Under the pieces are notes generated by a model. That model was not told where the DNA came from and ran no database searches. It saw nothing but the letters and a program-made list of their open reading frames with translations. The position numbers were made by a program, and so were the translations under genes. Below, one piece after another: positions 37,246 through 48,100 of a stretch of 64,000 nucleotides of DNA. The stretch spans positions 809 through 64,808 of the forward strand of contig CALXTQ010000013.1 in NCBI GenBank assembly GCA_944391485.1. The letters run 5' to 3'. Source of the stretch: an uncultured Alphaproteobacteria bacterium. GTDB lineage: Bacteria; Pseudomonadota; Alphaproteobacteria; RF32; CAG-239. Position 1 is the stretch's first letter. Each line of letters begins with the position of its first letter.

Positions 37246-38235
37246 TTGCCTTATTCCGGATTAAACTCGGCAGCATTGATGCGATTTGAAAAGGATGCCG
37301 AAATGGAAAATGAAATTGACGTCAGCTTTGTCATGACTGTATATAACAAAGAATATTATCTGCCGTCGGTCATGCATGCTCTGTTAAACCAAAGCGGTTT
37401 GAAAAATCCGGAATTTATTTTCTGTGATGACGTGTCCACCGACAGATCGGTGGAAATTATCCGGGAAATGACCAAAAATGTGCCAAACGTTACGATTTTT
37501 GCCAATACTGAGAACCGGGGTATCAGCGTCAGGACCAATCAGGGAATTGCCGCCGCCCGCGGAAAATACACGCGAATGCTAGATTCTGACGATATTCTTC
37601 CTATCGATTCAACAGAAAAAATGCTTCAGCTGGCGGAAGAACTGGACGCCGATATGATTTACGGCAAATTTATCAAGACCGGCAAGGAACCCCGCGAACT
37701 GGAACATGAGTTTCTTGAGGATAATTTTACCTATGAATATAATAAAGATGCGCTGCGCACGGTATTGACGGGAAGATTTACCCGTATGGGACAGCTGATT
37801 AAGACAGAGGTTCTTAAGAAAGCCGGCGGCGCCGACGAACGCGTGTTTATTCAGGATGAATCGGTGCCGGTCCGGGCTGCCATCCATGCCAGCGGCATTG
37901 TTAAAATGGATGCCAATGTTGTGCTGGTTCCGAAAGAAATAGGCAATTTTTCGGGAAACAAAATTCAGCTCGACAATGACCGTTATATGGCATACTGCTA
38001 CGCTCTTCTTGACAATCCGCAGCTGCCGCCGGATGTGTTGAAGCTGATGTACGGCCGCGCTTTGTCCGCCTATTGGAAATATGTCAGAAAGACATCCCGT
38101 TTTCCATATTGCACCGGAGCTTTCTGGCGGTATCTCGCCAACAGAATTTTTCCGCAAAGCCCTGATAAGGCTCTCCTGATCCGGATGAGGGACGAGTTTT
38201 TGAGTCTGCCGAACATTCGCAGGATAAAAAACTGA
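37246..38235 (+). CDS. family 2 glycosyltransferase
   Basis: VSFVMTVYNKEYYL...FCDDVSTDRS...LDSDD (GT-A DxD); start may be at 37303 (MENEID). Confidence 0.75.
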   Translation: MPYSGLNSAALMRFEKDAEMENEIDVSFVMTVYNKEYYLPSVMHALLNQSGLKNPEFIFCDDVSTDRSVEIIREMTKNVPNVTIFANTENRGISVRTNQGIAAARGKYTRMLDSDDILPIDSTEKMLQLAEELDADMIYGKFIKTGKEPRELEHEFLEDNFTYEYNKDALRTVLTGRFTRMGQLIKTEVLKKAGGADERVFIQDESVPVRAAIHASGIVKMDANVVLVPKEIGNFSGNKIQLDNDRYMAYCYALLDNPQLPPDVLKLMYGRALSAYWKYVRKTSRFPYCTGAFWRYLANRIFPQSPDKALLIRMRDEFLSLPNIRRIKN

Positions 38236-38243
38236 AAACGGTA

Positions 38244-38274
38244 AAAGGCGAAAGCAGCCGCTTTCGCCTTTTAT
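38244..38274 (+). terminator. rho-independent terminator after the GT2 gene
   Basis: GGCGAAAGC-agcc-GCTTTCGCC followed by TTTT. Confidence 0.6.
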
Positions 38275-38562
38275 AAATGAAAACATTTCAGAGAAGATCC
38301 GTATAACCCGGATCTTGGTAAAAGCTGCATATCTCAGGGGTCAACACGTACAGCATCACCTATCGGAATATATGCAGGCGAGCCGGTTAACGAATATCCT
38401 TTAACACCGGCAGAACCGGCAAAGATATTATATGTCAGCAGCTTGTGCTTCAGGTTAACGGGCGTCTGCTTTCCTCAAATGCCTCCCATACGTGTTGACG
38501 CTTATGATATATTCTGTTAGTGTTCTTTTTACAGCTGATAATTAGTTTTAAGGATACCGGAT

Positions 38563-39222
38563 ATGGAAAATTCTGCGCAGGTTATACGCCCATATACGCT
38601 CAGGGAGGAACTTTGGAGCAGTCTTATTCACGGAGCTGGAATAGCCCTCAGTATTGCGGGGCTTGTCATCCTCGTAACTTTCGCCTCTTTGAACGGAGAT
38701 GCATGGGCTATCGTTTCCACGGCGATTTTCGGCGCCTCCATGATTGTGCTTTACACGGCCTCTACCCTTTATCATGCCGTCAGAAATCCGGATGCTAAAA
38801 GGAAACTGAAAAAATTTGACCATATTTCCATTTATTATCTGATAGCCGGAACATATACGCCGTTTTTGCTTGTCAGCATGCGCGGAACAACCGGTTGGAC
38901 GGTTTTTGGCATTGTCTGGGGACTGGCGCTTATTGGAACGGTTTTGAAATTGTTCAGCCAGGGAAGCGGCACCAAAGCCTGGTCTATCGGTCTTTATCTG
39001 CTGATGGGATGGCTGATTGTCTTTGCTTCGCGGCAGCTCGCGGCGCAAATTCCGGTTATCGGGCTGATTTTTCTTGTTTTGGGTGGCATGTTCTATACGC
39101 TGGGAATATTTTTTTATGTCTGGAAAAGCCGGAGATATACGCATGCCGTCTGGCATTTCTTTGTTCTGGCGGGAACAATCATGCACTTTTTTGCCGTGCT
39201 TTATTCCTGTGTGCTGAATTGA
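38563..39222 (+). CDS. hemolysin III / PAQR family channel protein
   Basis: 219 aa, 7 TM; YHAVRNP and HISIYYLIAGTYTPF motifs. Confidence 0.85.
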   Translation: MENSAQVIRPYTLREELWSSLIHGAGIALSIAGLVILVTFASLNGDAWAIVSTAIFGASMIVLYTASTLYHAVRNPDAKRKLKKFDHISIYYLIAGTYTPFLLVSMRGTTGWTVFGIVWGLALIGTVLKLFSQGSGTKAWSIGLYLLMGWLIVFASRQLAAQIPVIGLIFLVLGGMFYTLGIFFYVWKSRRYTHAVWHFFVLAGTIMHFFAVLYSCVLN

Positions 39223-40109
39223 CGGCTGACGGTATATTTTTTGATAAAACGCACGGGATTATAGTCCAGCTTTGATTTGCGCAGTCCCGGAATACCGAGG
39301 TCCTGCTCGCGATTGACAAAACGATAATAGCATCCCACATTTTCAAGAAAAATGCGGTTAATGGCCTGATAGGCGCCGCGAAATCCATATAAAGCCTTTT
39401 CAAAATGAACGGCTATCGTATTGTCATCAATTTTTTCTCCGAGGGCGCAGGCAACAACGCTGCCGTCTATCGAAATAAATCCGCCGGTGATTTCGGAAGG
39501 AAGCTTTTGCCAGTTTTCCAGCATTCGCAGAACGGCCCTGTTTTCGTCCTTTATCCCGTCGAGACATTTGTCTTCGGAAACTTCCGGCTGGCTGAGCCAT
39601 TGCCGCTGAAAAGCGATGATATCCGGAATATGTTCCGGCTCTACTTTTTTGTAAATATAATTGTAAAGCTGTTTGAACTGGTTTGACAGTTTTCTTTTGT
39701 TGCGAAAACGATAGCCGTTTAGAGAAGTCAGTTCCTGAATGCTGTAAATATATTCCCAGTGATCGCGTTCTTCCGTCATTTCCAATTGTTCGTCAAACTG
39801 CTCGTTTAAAATGCCGTACAAGGCATCCGGTACGCGGGTAAACAAAAATCCCGCCGGAAAATGCTTTTGCAGGAGTTCTTTCCAGTCATCCCGCCGCCAG
39901 TTTCCGATCGGACAGTTGTAGACGATTTTTTCACCTTCACGGTGGCGTAGCCAGCAGAGATTATCGGCAAAGGCCCACTCATACCGGTATTTGTCCTGCC
40001 AGCTCCACATATTGATGAACGTATAATCCGATGATTTTTCATCACATTGACTGTAGAGAGCGTTGTATTTCCTCTCCTGCCTGAAGTTTACGGGAGTAAA
40101 TTTTAACAT
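39201..40109 (-). CDS. DUF2156-like protein (homolog of C-terminal domain of aminoacyl-phosphatidylglycerol synthase MprF; GNAT-like fold), stand-alone
   Basis: 302 aa soluble protein; identification from remembered family features (W/Y-rich N-half, FRNKRKLSNQF segment); not verified. Confidence 0.4.
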   Translation of the reverse strand: MLKFTPVNFRQERKYNALYSQCDEKSSDYTFINMWSWQDKYRYEWAFADNLCWLRHREGEKIVYNCPIGNWRRDDWKELLQKHFPAGFLFTRVPDALYGILNEQFDEQLEMTEERDHWEYIYSIQELTSLNGYRFRNKRKLSNQFKQLYNYIYKKVEPEHIPDIIAFQRQWLSQPEVSEDKCLDGIKDENRAVLRMLENWQKLPSEITGGFISIDGSVVACALGEKIDDNTIAVHFEKALYGFRGAYQAINRIFLENVGCYYRFVNREQDLGIPGLRKSKLDYNPVRFIKKYTVSRQFSTQE

Positions 40110-40110
40110 T

Positions 40111-40476
40111 TCAGTTTCCTGCTACACAGTCGTCGCCGTTAAAACTATAATCCACAACTTCATTGTTCTCAATAGTAAAAGTCGTCCGGCAATAATAATC
40201 TCCTCCGCTTTCGGAACCATATCCCGCGTCAATGGCAGAGTAATTTATCTGGTTGGTATAAGGTTCTGTTTCGCCGTCGAGCGGACCGTCAAAGTTTTTG
40301 ACGTAAGTAACAACTTTGACGCCCGGCGAAGGATAAATTTCGTTATCAGGTTCTCCCCAGCTGTAGTACAGAGCTTCCTGGCTCATTCCGACCCAGTGTT
40401 GCAGCTGTTGTTCATAAGCATTGCTGCCAACGGAAGTACAACCGCTTAAAAACATGATGCAAAGAATTAGAAACAT
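40111..40476 (-). CDS. small lipoprotein, unknown function
   Basis: 121 aa; lipobox LSGC; 1-nt gap to upstream gene. Confidence 0.5.
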   Translation of the reverse strand: MFLILCIMFLSGCTSVGSNAYEQQLQHWVGMSQEALYYSWGEPDNEIYPSPGVKVVTYVKNFDGPLDGETEPYTNQINYSAIDAGYGSESGGDYYCRTTFTIENNEVVDYSFNGDDCVAGN

Positions 40477-40533
40477 TGGCTTTCCCCCATTGTTTGTCAG
40501 CCTTTATCTAATTCTTTTCGGGAATGATACAAC

Positions 40534-41847
40534 CTATTCTAAAGTTTTAACCGCGGTTTTGGCGCAGAGTTTCGAACAGGCGGCGGAATCCATTCTGGCC
40601 CGCAGAATAATCTCTTCGCCGCGGTTGTCTGCCGTCAGAACATCGCCGTTGGCATAAATCCAGGATAAGAGCCGTCCGTCTCCGGCATTGACTCTGACCT
40701 CGACCGTTTGAAAAGCTGCCGAAAGCTTTTGATCTATCACTTTCAGAAGTCTGTCCGTGCCCTCGCCGCTCAACGCCGAGACGGGAATGACGTTTTTTTG
40801 GCGAGCCGCGCTTTCCCGTAGGGCCAGACGGCTTTCCGGCGACAGCAGATCCGTTTTATTGAGAATCTCAATATAATTATCCTGATGCTCTATATTTTTC
40901 AGTCCGAGATTTTTCAGCACGTTTAGGACATCTTTTTTCTGCGCCCGACTGTTTTCGCCGGCTATATCGCGGACATGGGCGATAATATCCGCTTCCAGAA
41001 CTTCTTCCAGAGTTGCGCGGAAAGACATTATGAGCTCATGCGGCAGATCCGAAATAAAACCGACGGTATCCGATAAAATAACTTCGCGCCCGGACGGAAG
41101 CCTGATACGGCGCATTGTCGGGTCGAGCGTGGCAAAAAGCAGGTCGCGGGCAAAAACGTCGGCGGAAGAAAGATAGTTGAACAAGGTCGATTTCCCGGCG
41201 TTTGTATAGCCGACCAAAGCCACGACGGGATACGGAACCCGTTTGCGCGCCGAACGCTGCAGGTCCCGCGTTTTCTTTACTTTTTCCAAGTCTTTTTTGA
41301 TCCGAACAATTTTGTCGTCAATAATGCGACGGTCAAGCTCTATCTGCGTTTCTCCCGGACCTCCCAGAAATCCGGCGCCGCCGCGCTGACGCTCAAGATG
41401 CGTCCAGCTGCGGACCAAACGGCTTCTCTGATAAGTCAGATGAGCCAATTCGACCTGAAGCCGTCCCTCTTTTGTTTTGGCGCGTTCGCCGAAAATCTCA
41501 AGTATCAGCGCTGTTCTGTCTATCACTTTGATATCGAGCGATTTTTCAAGATTTCGCTGCTGGATCGGTGTAATGGAAGCGTCAACAACCATGAGTTCCG
41601 CCTCAAGCTCACAAAGCAAGGGTCTGACACGGTCAATAAAACCTTTTGAAAAAAAGGCGGATGGTTTTATCTCCCGGAGTTTGACTATTTCCTGATAAAC
41701 AATGTCAAGATTAATGGCGCGAGCCAGTCCGACGGCCTCTTCCAGCCGGGAATCCGGCGGCAAAAGGGAAATCTCCGCCTGAATATCGGGAACGATGACT
41801 GCCGCCCGGATCTGTCTACCGGTATTTATTTCAATAAAATCCGCCAA
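40534..41847 (-). CDS. hflX: GTPase HflX
   Basis: 437 aa; G1 GYTNAGKST, G3 DTVGF, G4 NKTD; N-terminal HflX domain. Confidence 0.9.
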   Translation of the reverse strand: MADFIEINTGRQIRAAVIVPDIQAEISLLPPDSRLEEAVGLARAINLDIVYQEIVKLREIKPSAFFSKGFIDRVRPLLCELEAELMVVDASITPIQQRNLEKSLDIKVIDRTALILEIFGERAKTKEGRLQVELAHLTYQRSRLVRSWTHLERQRGGAGFLGGPGETQIELDRRIIDDKIVRIKKDLEKVKKTRDLQRSARKRVPYPVVALVGYTNAGKSTLFNYLSSADVFARDLLFATLDPTMRRIRLPSGREVILSDTVGFISDLPHELIMSFRATLEEVLEADIIAHVRDIAGENSRAQKKDVLNVLKNLGLKNIEHQDNYIEILNKTDLLSPESRLALRESAARQKNVIPVSALSGEGTDRLLKVIDQKLSAAFQTVEVRVNAGDGRLLSWIYANGDVLTADNRGEEIILRARMDSAACSKLCAKTAVKTLE

Positions 41848-41849
41848 AA

Positions 41850-42092
41850 TTACTCTTCAGGGATTTCAATATCAATAGCCGTGCTCGGCATGATGGTTGA
41901 GATGGCGTGCTTGTAGATCAGCTGTGTATGACCATCTCTTCTTAACAGGAGAGAAAAACTGTCAAACCAGGTAATCAGACCCTGGAGTTTTACGCCGTTA
42001 ATCAGAAATACGGTTACGGAAACCTTGTTCTTTTTAATATCGTTTAAGAAATCATCCTGTACATTTTGAGACATATTTTTATCCTTCGTCAT
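41850..42092 (-). CDS. hfq: RNA chaperone Hfq
   Basis: 80 aa; Sm1/Sm2 motifs ([13 protein letters not shown]...YKHAIST). Confidence 0.95.
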   Translation of the reverse strand: MTKDKNMSQNVQDDFLNDIKKNKVSVTVFLINGVKLQGLITWFDSFSLLLRRDGHTQLIYKHAISTIMPSTAIDIEIPEE

Positions 42093-42183
42093 ATTATTTT
42101 CTTTTAATTCTAAACTCTTTTTACTTTATTAGTAAAGTATTGATTGCAGTTGGGGGATAAATTCTTATATCAATATAAGTGGT

Positions 42184-43542
42184 TTATGAAAAAATCTTTT
42201 CAACCTTTTTGATGTCGTTGCTACTGACAAAAAGCACCAACAGGTCTCCGATTTGCATTTTGTCTTCCGGCAGCGGAAATATGATTTCGCCGTTGCGGTA
42301 AATGGCTCCGACCATGCTTGTTCTGGGAAGTCCGGCTTCCCTGATGCTGCGGCTGGCGTTCAGGCTGTCGGCATCTATCCGGACCTCCCAGATTTCGCCG
42401 AAGCCGCGCCCCAGAGAATAGGCGTTGACGATACGCGCGCGGCGCAGTTCCTGCAAAATGGCGGAGATCGTTACCGACGAACGGTCAACAATGATGTTGT
42501 CGACAATATTGTCGACCAGATTGTCGTACGAGCGGGAGTTGACGACCGAAATTGCCGAAGGAACTCCGCTTTTTTTTGCCAGCAGCGAAGCCAGAAGATT
42601 GTCTTTGTCTTTTGAGGTTACGGCAATCGTAACATCAGTGTTTTCAATTCCGGCTTCTTCCAAAATGACGTCGCTCATCATCTCGCCGTTAATGACAACC
42701 GTATTGCTCAGTGTTTTGGCAAGAATCTGCGCGCTTTTGGCGTCTTCCTCAATGATTTTGCAGCTCAGTATATTATCGTCCTGCTCCAGTTTTGACGCAA
42801 TGTAACCGGCAATTCTGTTTCCGCCAAAAATCAGGATTTTTTCATTATTGGTGCGTTCCATGCCAAAATCGCGGATGGTTTCGTCTATGCGGTCGGCGGA
42901 GACCAGAAAATAAATTTCGTCTCCGGGGACAATAATATCTTCTTCGCGAGGGATAAAACTTCTGCCGCCGCGGCTGATGCTCACAATCGAAATGTCCAGA
43001 TCCGGGGCCAGCCTTTCCATATGAACCAACGGCGTTTTTATCAGCGGACAGGTATTCTGACAGCGGAAAGCCAGCAGATAAAGCTTTTTATCTGCCAGCG
43101 GCAGGACTTCGGATGTGCCGGGAATTTTCAAAATATCCAGAATAAATTTGGCTATTTCGATTTCGGGTGAAATTATCAAGTCTACCGGGATGTTTTCATC
43201 ATTGTACAATGTCCCCCACTGCGGGTCGAGAAAGTCGGAGGAGTTTATTCTGGCAATGCGTTTGGGAACATTGAAAAGCGAATAGGCAACCTGACAGGCC
43301 ATCAGGTTAACCTCATCATAGTTGGTCGCGGCAATTAGCATATCGGCATGTTTGGCGCCGGCTTTTTCCAGAATTCCCGGATAAGAAGCCGAGCCCAATA
43401 TAGGCTGGATATCCCATTCTTTGGAGATTTCATCCAGTTTTTTCTGGTCGGTATCTATGACAATAATGTCATTATTGCCCTGAGTCAAATAGCCGACAAT
43501 GCTTTTTCCCACGCTTCCCGCGCCGCAGACGATGATTTTCAT
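42184..43542 (-). CDS. trkA: Trk potassium uptake system protein TrkA (tandem RCK domains)
   Basis: 452 aa; two Rossmann GxGxxG (IVCGAGSVG; IFGGNRIAG). Confidence 0.9.
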   Translation of the reverse strand: MKIIVCGAGSVGKSIVGYLTQGNNDIIVIDTDQKKLDEISKEWDIQPILGSASYPGILEKAGAKHADMLIAATNYDEVNLMACQVAYSLFNVPKRIARINSSDFLDPQWGTLYNDENIPVDLIISPEIEIAKFILDILKIPGTSEVLPLADKKLYLLAFRCQNTCPLIKTPLVHMERLAPDLDISIVSISRGGRSFIPREEDIIVPGDEIYFLVSADRIDETIRDFGMERTNNEKILIFGGNRIAGYIASKLEQDDNILSCKIIEEDAKSAQILAKTLSNTVVINGEMMSDVILEEAGIENTDVTIAVTSKDKDNLLASLLAKKSGVPSAISVVNSRSYDNLVDNIVDNIIVDRSSVTISAILQELRRARIVNAYSLGRGFGEIWEVRIDADSLNASRSIREAGLPRTSMVGAIYRNGEIIFPLPEDKMQIGDLLVLFVSSNDIKKVEKIFS

Positions 43543-44528
43543 GCTCTGTCCTCTTGATTGTGTTCCTCACAGCTATCAAAATAGCGGTTTATTTCCGAAA
43601 TTGCATCCTCGTAATTATCAATTCTGGTATAAATTTCCCGGAATCTTTTGGCTTCATACAGATTTTTTGAGTACCAGCACACATGTTTGCGCGAAATCTG
43701 TAGAGCCATGTCCGGACCGTAGTAGTTCGAAAGCTCCCGAATATGTTCCAGAAGAGCTTCCTTGGTTTCGGCCGGGGAGATCTTTTTCGGTTCGGTTCCG
43801 TTATGAATGTATTCGTGCGTCTGGCCGACAAGCCACGGATTGCCGAGAGCCGCCCGCCCGATCATGACGCCGTCGACCCCCGTCTGCGCAATCATCTCCC
43901 CTGCTTTTTGCGGGCTGGTTATGTCTCCGTTGCCAATCACGGGAATTTTTACCGCCTGCTTGACCTCGCCGATAATGTTCCAATCCGCAGTTCCGGAATA
44001 AAATTCGCTGCGCGTTCTGCCGTGCACCGTAATATAGGAGGCGCCGCTGTCTTCGCACATGCGCGCAAAATCAACGGCATTGACCGAATTGCAATCCCAG
44101 CCTTTTCTGAATTTGACGCTGACCTTCAGCGGAACCGCCCGCACGACGCCGCTGATGATTCTGGATGCCCGGAGGGGATCTTTCATCAGAGCGGAACCAG
44201 CCTGATTGTTGACTATTTTTTTAACCGGGCAGCCCATATTTATGTCCAGGGAACAGGCGCCCAGATCGGTCAGAAACTTTGCCGCTTCGGCAAACAAGTT
44301 TTCATCATTACCGACCATCTGCACTACGACGGGATATGGCTCGTCCCGCACGTCGGCGATCCGGAAACTTTTGGGATTTTTGCGCTGAATGGCGTTGATG
44401 GCAACCATTTCCGAAACCATAACGCCCTTTCCGCGGCTCGAAACAATTTTCCGCATCGGCCTGTCGGTAATTCCGGCCATCGGCGCTAGAAAAATGTTGC
44501 TATCGAAATCCAAAAACTTTTTACTCAT
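43539..44528 (-). CDS. dusB: tRNA-dihydrouridine synthase B
   Basis: 329 aa; LAPMAGITD, catalytic Cys in INMGCP, FMN-binding TIM barrel. Confidence 0.9.
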   Translation of the reverse strand: MSKKFLDFDSNIFLAPMAGITDRPMRKIVSSRGKGVMVSEMVAINAIQRKNPKSFRIADVRDEPYPVVVQMVGNDENLFAEAAKFLTDLGACSLDINMGCPVKKIVNNQAGSALMKDPLRASRIISGVVRAVPLKVSVKFRKGWDCNSVNAVDFARMCEDSGASYITVHGRTRSEFYSGTADWNIIGEVKQAVKIPVIGNGDITSPQKAGEMIAQTGVDGVMIGRAALGNPWLVGQTHEYIHNGTEPKKISPAETKEALLEHIRELSNYYGPDMALQISRKHVCWYSKNLYEAKRFREIYTRIDNYEDAISEINRYFDSCEEHNQEDRA

Positions 44529-45094
44529 ATCATATAATCATAACTGCGGTTGTTGCGGTGCATCAAATCAATCAAAACGGTCGGTTCGGCATTGATGTTT
44601 TTGACATATTCATAAAGCCCGGAAACATAAAGGGCATCCTGCCGGCCAAAATATGTTGTTTCAGAGGTGGCGGGACTAACAATCGTTTCCAGATAGGCAT
44701 AGGCCCGGACGGCGCTCCGGGAGTCAACCGCGGTTACTTCCGCCGCCAGAATATTCCGAAAATCGGAAATTTCCGAAGTTTGTCCGCTGTCTTCCGTTTT
44801 GGTTCCGTCGTTTTCTTTGAGAGCCTCTTCCCGTCTGTTGCGTGGCGAGGCCCTGCCCGTTTCCTCCGTTTCAGAAGCAATCTGATGAACGGAAAATAAG
44901 GCCTGCGGTTCGAGATAGGAAACGGCATATCCGTACAGCGGCAGAGAAGTTTCCGCAGTTCCGGCATTTTGCGGAGATAAAGAGCTTTTAACAAGTTCCT
45001 CAGTCCCCGATTTTAGATGACTGACAGACCGGGAAATATCCGCCAGAATGCCGGAATAATCAAAGATGGAGTTATTTGCCGCCGCGGAGATCAT
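44525..45094 (-). CDS. hypothetical Ser/Thr/Glu-rich protein
   Basis: 189 aa; overlaps dusB start by 4 nt and the giant gene end by 17 nt on the same strand. Confidence 0.45.
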   Translation of the reverse strand: MISAAANNSIFDYSGILADISRSVSHLKSGTEELVKSSLSPQNAGTAETSLPLYGYAVSYLEPQALFSVHQIASETEETGRASPRNRREEALKENDGTKTEDSGQTSEISDFRNILAAEVTAVDSRSAVRAYAYLETIVSPATSETTYFGRQDALYVSGLYEYVKNINAEPTVLIDLMHRNNRSYDYMI

Positions 45095-45109
45095 TGCCGT
45101 TGCTTATCC

Positions 45110-48100
45110 CTAGTTCAGTTTATCCAACGCCTTGGCCAGAATATAATACAGTTTGCCGATATCCGCGCCGGAGATGACCGACAGCAGGATTCCAGACCGT
45201 TCATTGCCCTGTGCCTTGGTTATAAGGGTTTCAAATTCCGTCAGATATTTGGTTACGACATTGCGGAATTCCAGATTTTTCTCAAATTCGCTCCGGACGG
45301 CGACAATCTGGCTGCGGCTCATGCTTTTGGCCAGATGACGGACAAAAGCTCCGGTATCGCCGTTATAATATTTCTTCCATAAATCTTCTTCGGCATCGGG
45401 GTTGAAAATACGGTTAATATCCACAGCTGCGGTTTCAAGCTTTTCGATTATATACGACGCATCTTTCAGGAATGTGTCGACCTTGATGCTTTCATACCGC
45501 TTTTCAAGCGCCGTAATTTTACTGTCTGCCTGATCCGACGTGTCTATCAGAACCTTCAGCTGTTTGTTGAATAACTCATTGAAGGAGCCTGACTTGCTGA
45601 TTAAATCGTCTCCGCGGCGGGCAAACTCCGTCGTTGAGGCGTTCAAGACTTCCATAACATTGTTTATTTTGCCGAGCGTATCATCCGTGGCAGCAACCAA
45701 AACACCGGACTGTTTTAGAAAGACTTCGCCGGAATCCCTGATCTCATTGGAAATCCGTTCGGCATTGGCTGCAATTTCATTTATGGCCGCCCGCAGCTTG
45801 TCGCCGGAGTTTTCGAAGTGTTTGGAACTCATTTTAGTCGTTTCTTCAACCTGCAGGCTCAGGGCTTTGAGGTTTTCACCAAGTCCCTTGACTTTGTCAT
45901 AAGCCTGATTGGCTCTGTTGGACAACTGTTTGGAGGTATCCATCAGAACAACGTTGAAGCAGTCTACCAGTTCTTTTGTATCTTCGGAAATCTTTATCAT
46001 TTTATCGCTCTGCTCGGATATCATGTTGCTGATCTCAACAACGCCTGTGCTGGCTTCTGCCGTCAGAGTATTGAAGTTGGCGACATTGTCCTGATAACTT
46101 TTAATGACGGAATCAACTTTCTGAACCGAACCGTCTATTGTCAGAGCCATGTCTTCGGCGCACTGGCTGAGGGCGGTATTGGCCTGCTCCACGTTTTTGA
46201 TGGAGTTTTTGGAGGCTTTGAAGACAACTTCGCTGGTTTTGAGCAGGCGGTCGCCCAAAACGTCAAATTCATAAGCGACGCGGGTAGAAGTATCAAAAAT
46301 GCCGTCCGTGCTCTCTTTGAACTTGGTATTGATTTCGCTGATTTTCTGGGCAACTTCGGCAGCCGTATCCGACAGATATTTGTACTGCTGCGCCATAGAC
46401 GCCTCGCCCAGCCTCGACTGCGTGGCCACAACATTGGCAATGTCCGTCAGGCTTTCTTTCTGATGCCCGAAAGTTTCCTTAAGAGTATCTGCCTGCGCCT
46501 GAACTTTGGTAACGCTCATGTCAATGTCTTTTATGTGATTATCCATGATTCCGGACAGGTTTTTGGTTTCGGACGCCATGTTTTCACGGGCTTCTTTCAG
46601 TTTATCGCAGTTGCTCAGCAGCGTGGATGACGCGATATTGGATTCATTCTGAACGTCTTTGACAATATCGCTGAAACTGTGCAGATTGTCGCGGAAGTTT
46701 GCGGAAACCTCATTGAGCTTGTCAGTAATTTCCTGCATAAAACGGTTGACTTCCGCATTTTGCTCCGAAACGGTCTTGTCAATTTCAGCTAGTTTATCAA
46801 TTGATTTCGCCGAATTGGCAACCACTGTTTCCGCTCTTTTGCTGACATCTTCCTCCAACAGGGCCATGCGCGCAAAAACACGGTCCGAACTTTGTTCTAT
46901 GACGGAAACCTGTTTTTTCAGCGTGCTGCCGATGTTGTTGGTGTTTTCGGAAATACGGTCACAAATATCGAAAAATTCATTTTCCTGATGTTTGAACAGC
47001 AGGTTGATGGCGTCGGCTTTTTCGTCAAGAGCCTGAACGACGTCAGAAACATATCCGACCGTATTTTCGGCAACGGAATTAAGAAGCGTGGACTGCGTTT
47101 CAAACGACGTAAGAATTTCGTTAAAGGTTTTGGAAGAACGTTCTGTAGACGCATCAATATTCTGCGCCTGTGCTGTCAGAATTTCCGATATATTGGATGC
47201 GCGGTCCGAAATCAACTGCGAGATGTTGTCCAGCTTTTTGTTCTGGTCATTGAGTACAACCTCAAATTCACCGACTTTCAGCAGGGTTTTGGATGCGGCA
47301 TCATTAAAGGTACTGGTCTGAGTCTCGAGATTAGTATTAAGCTCTTTTGTTTTGCTGACAACGTCTTCCGACGATTTAAGCGCCTGTTCCATCTGGAATT
47401 TTAGACGCTTGATGGCGCTGCCGGCTTCTTCGTCTATAATTGCGGCGGCGCGGACAAGTTCTTCAATCTCGCGCTTAAGTTCAGCCTTAGTTTCTTCGAT
47501 TTTGCTTACGGAACCACTGATATGACGCTGCTGCTGAGCCAGAGACGTTTCGCTGATTTTGCTCTGAGCCACAACAATATTGGATGCCTCAAGAAGATTG
47601 TCACGGTGCTTCTGCATAACGTCGGCCACCTCATTAAGCCGGCCGATGGAACTCTCCGTCTGGTTTTTGATATTCTCGGATTTTTCGTTCAGATCATTGT
47701 TCAACTGCTGGAAATCGTAGGAAATCGCATCAAACATACCCTGCAGGTATTTCTGTTTTTCAACAATATTATCCGTAATGCTGTTGGTTTTGTCAATCGA
47801 CGTATCCGTTAGAGCGCTGAGCTGGGCAACCTGGTTGTTGAGCGAGGTTACGACTTCCTGAATCCGAGACACGGCCTGCGCCGACTGTTCTTCAAGCAGC
47901 GACGTCTTTTCCGTTATATTTTCCTCAACGCTGTTCAGACTGTCCAAAATGCCGTCAGCCACGCCGTTAAGCTCGCGGACCTGCGTAGAAACGCTCTCCT
48001 CTATCATGCCGGCGCGCGACATTACCTTTTCGACTTCGGCGCCGAGAACTTCGCCCTGCTCGCTGAAACGCCGGCTGAGCATATCCGTCTGCCGGTTCAG

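Noticed and set aside
43743-44489. 248-aa ORF antisense to dusB
   Set aside because: Embedded antisense frame; dusB is strongly supported by its motifs.
45818-46630. 270-aa and several 100-170-aa plus-strand ORFs inside the giant coiled-coil gene
   Set aside because: These are repetitive antisense frames of a low-complexity gene, with no independent support.
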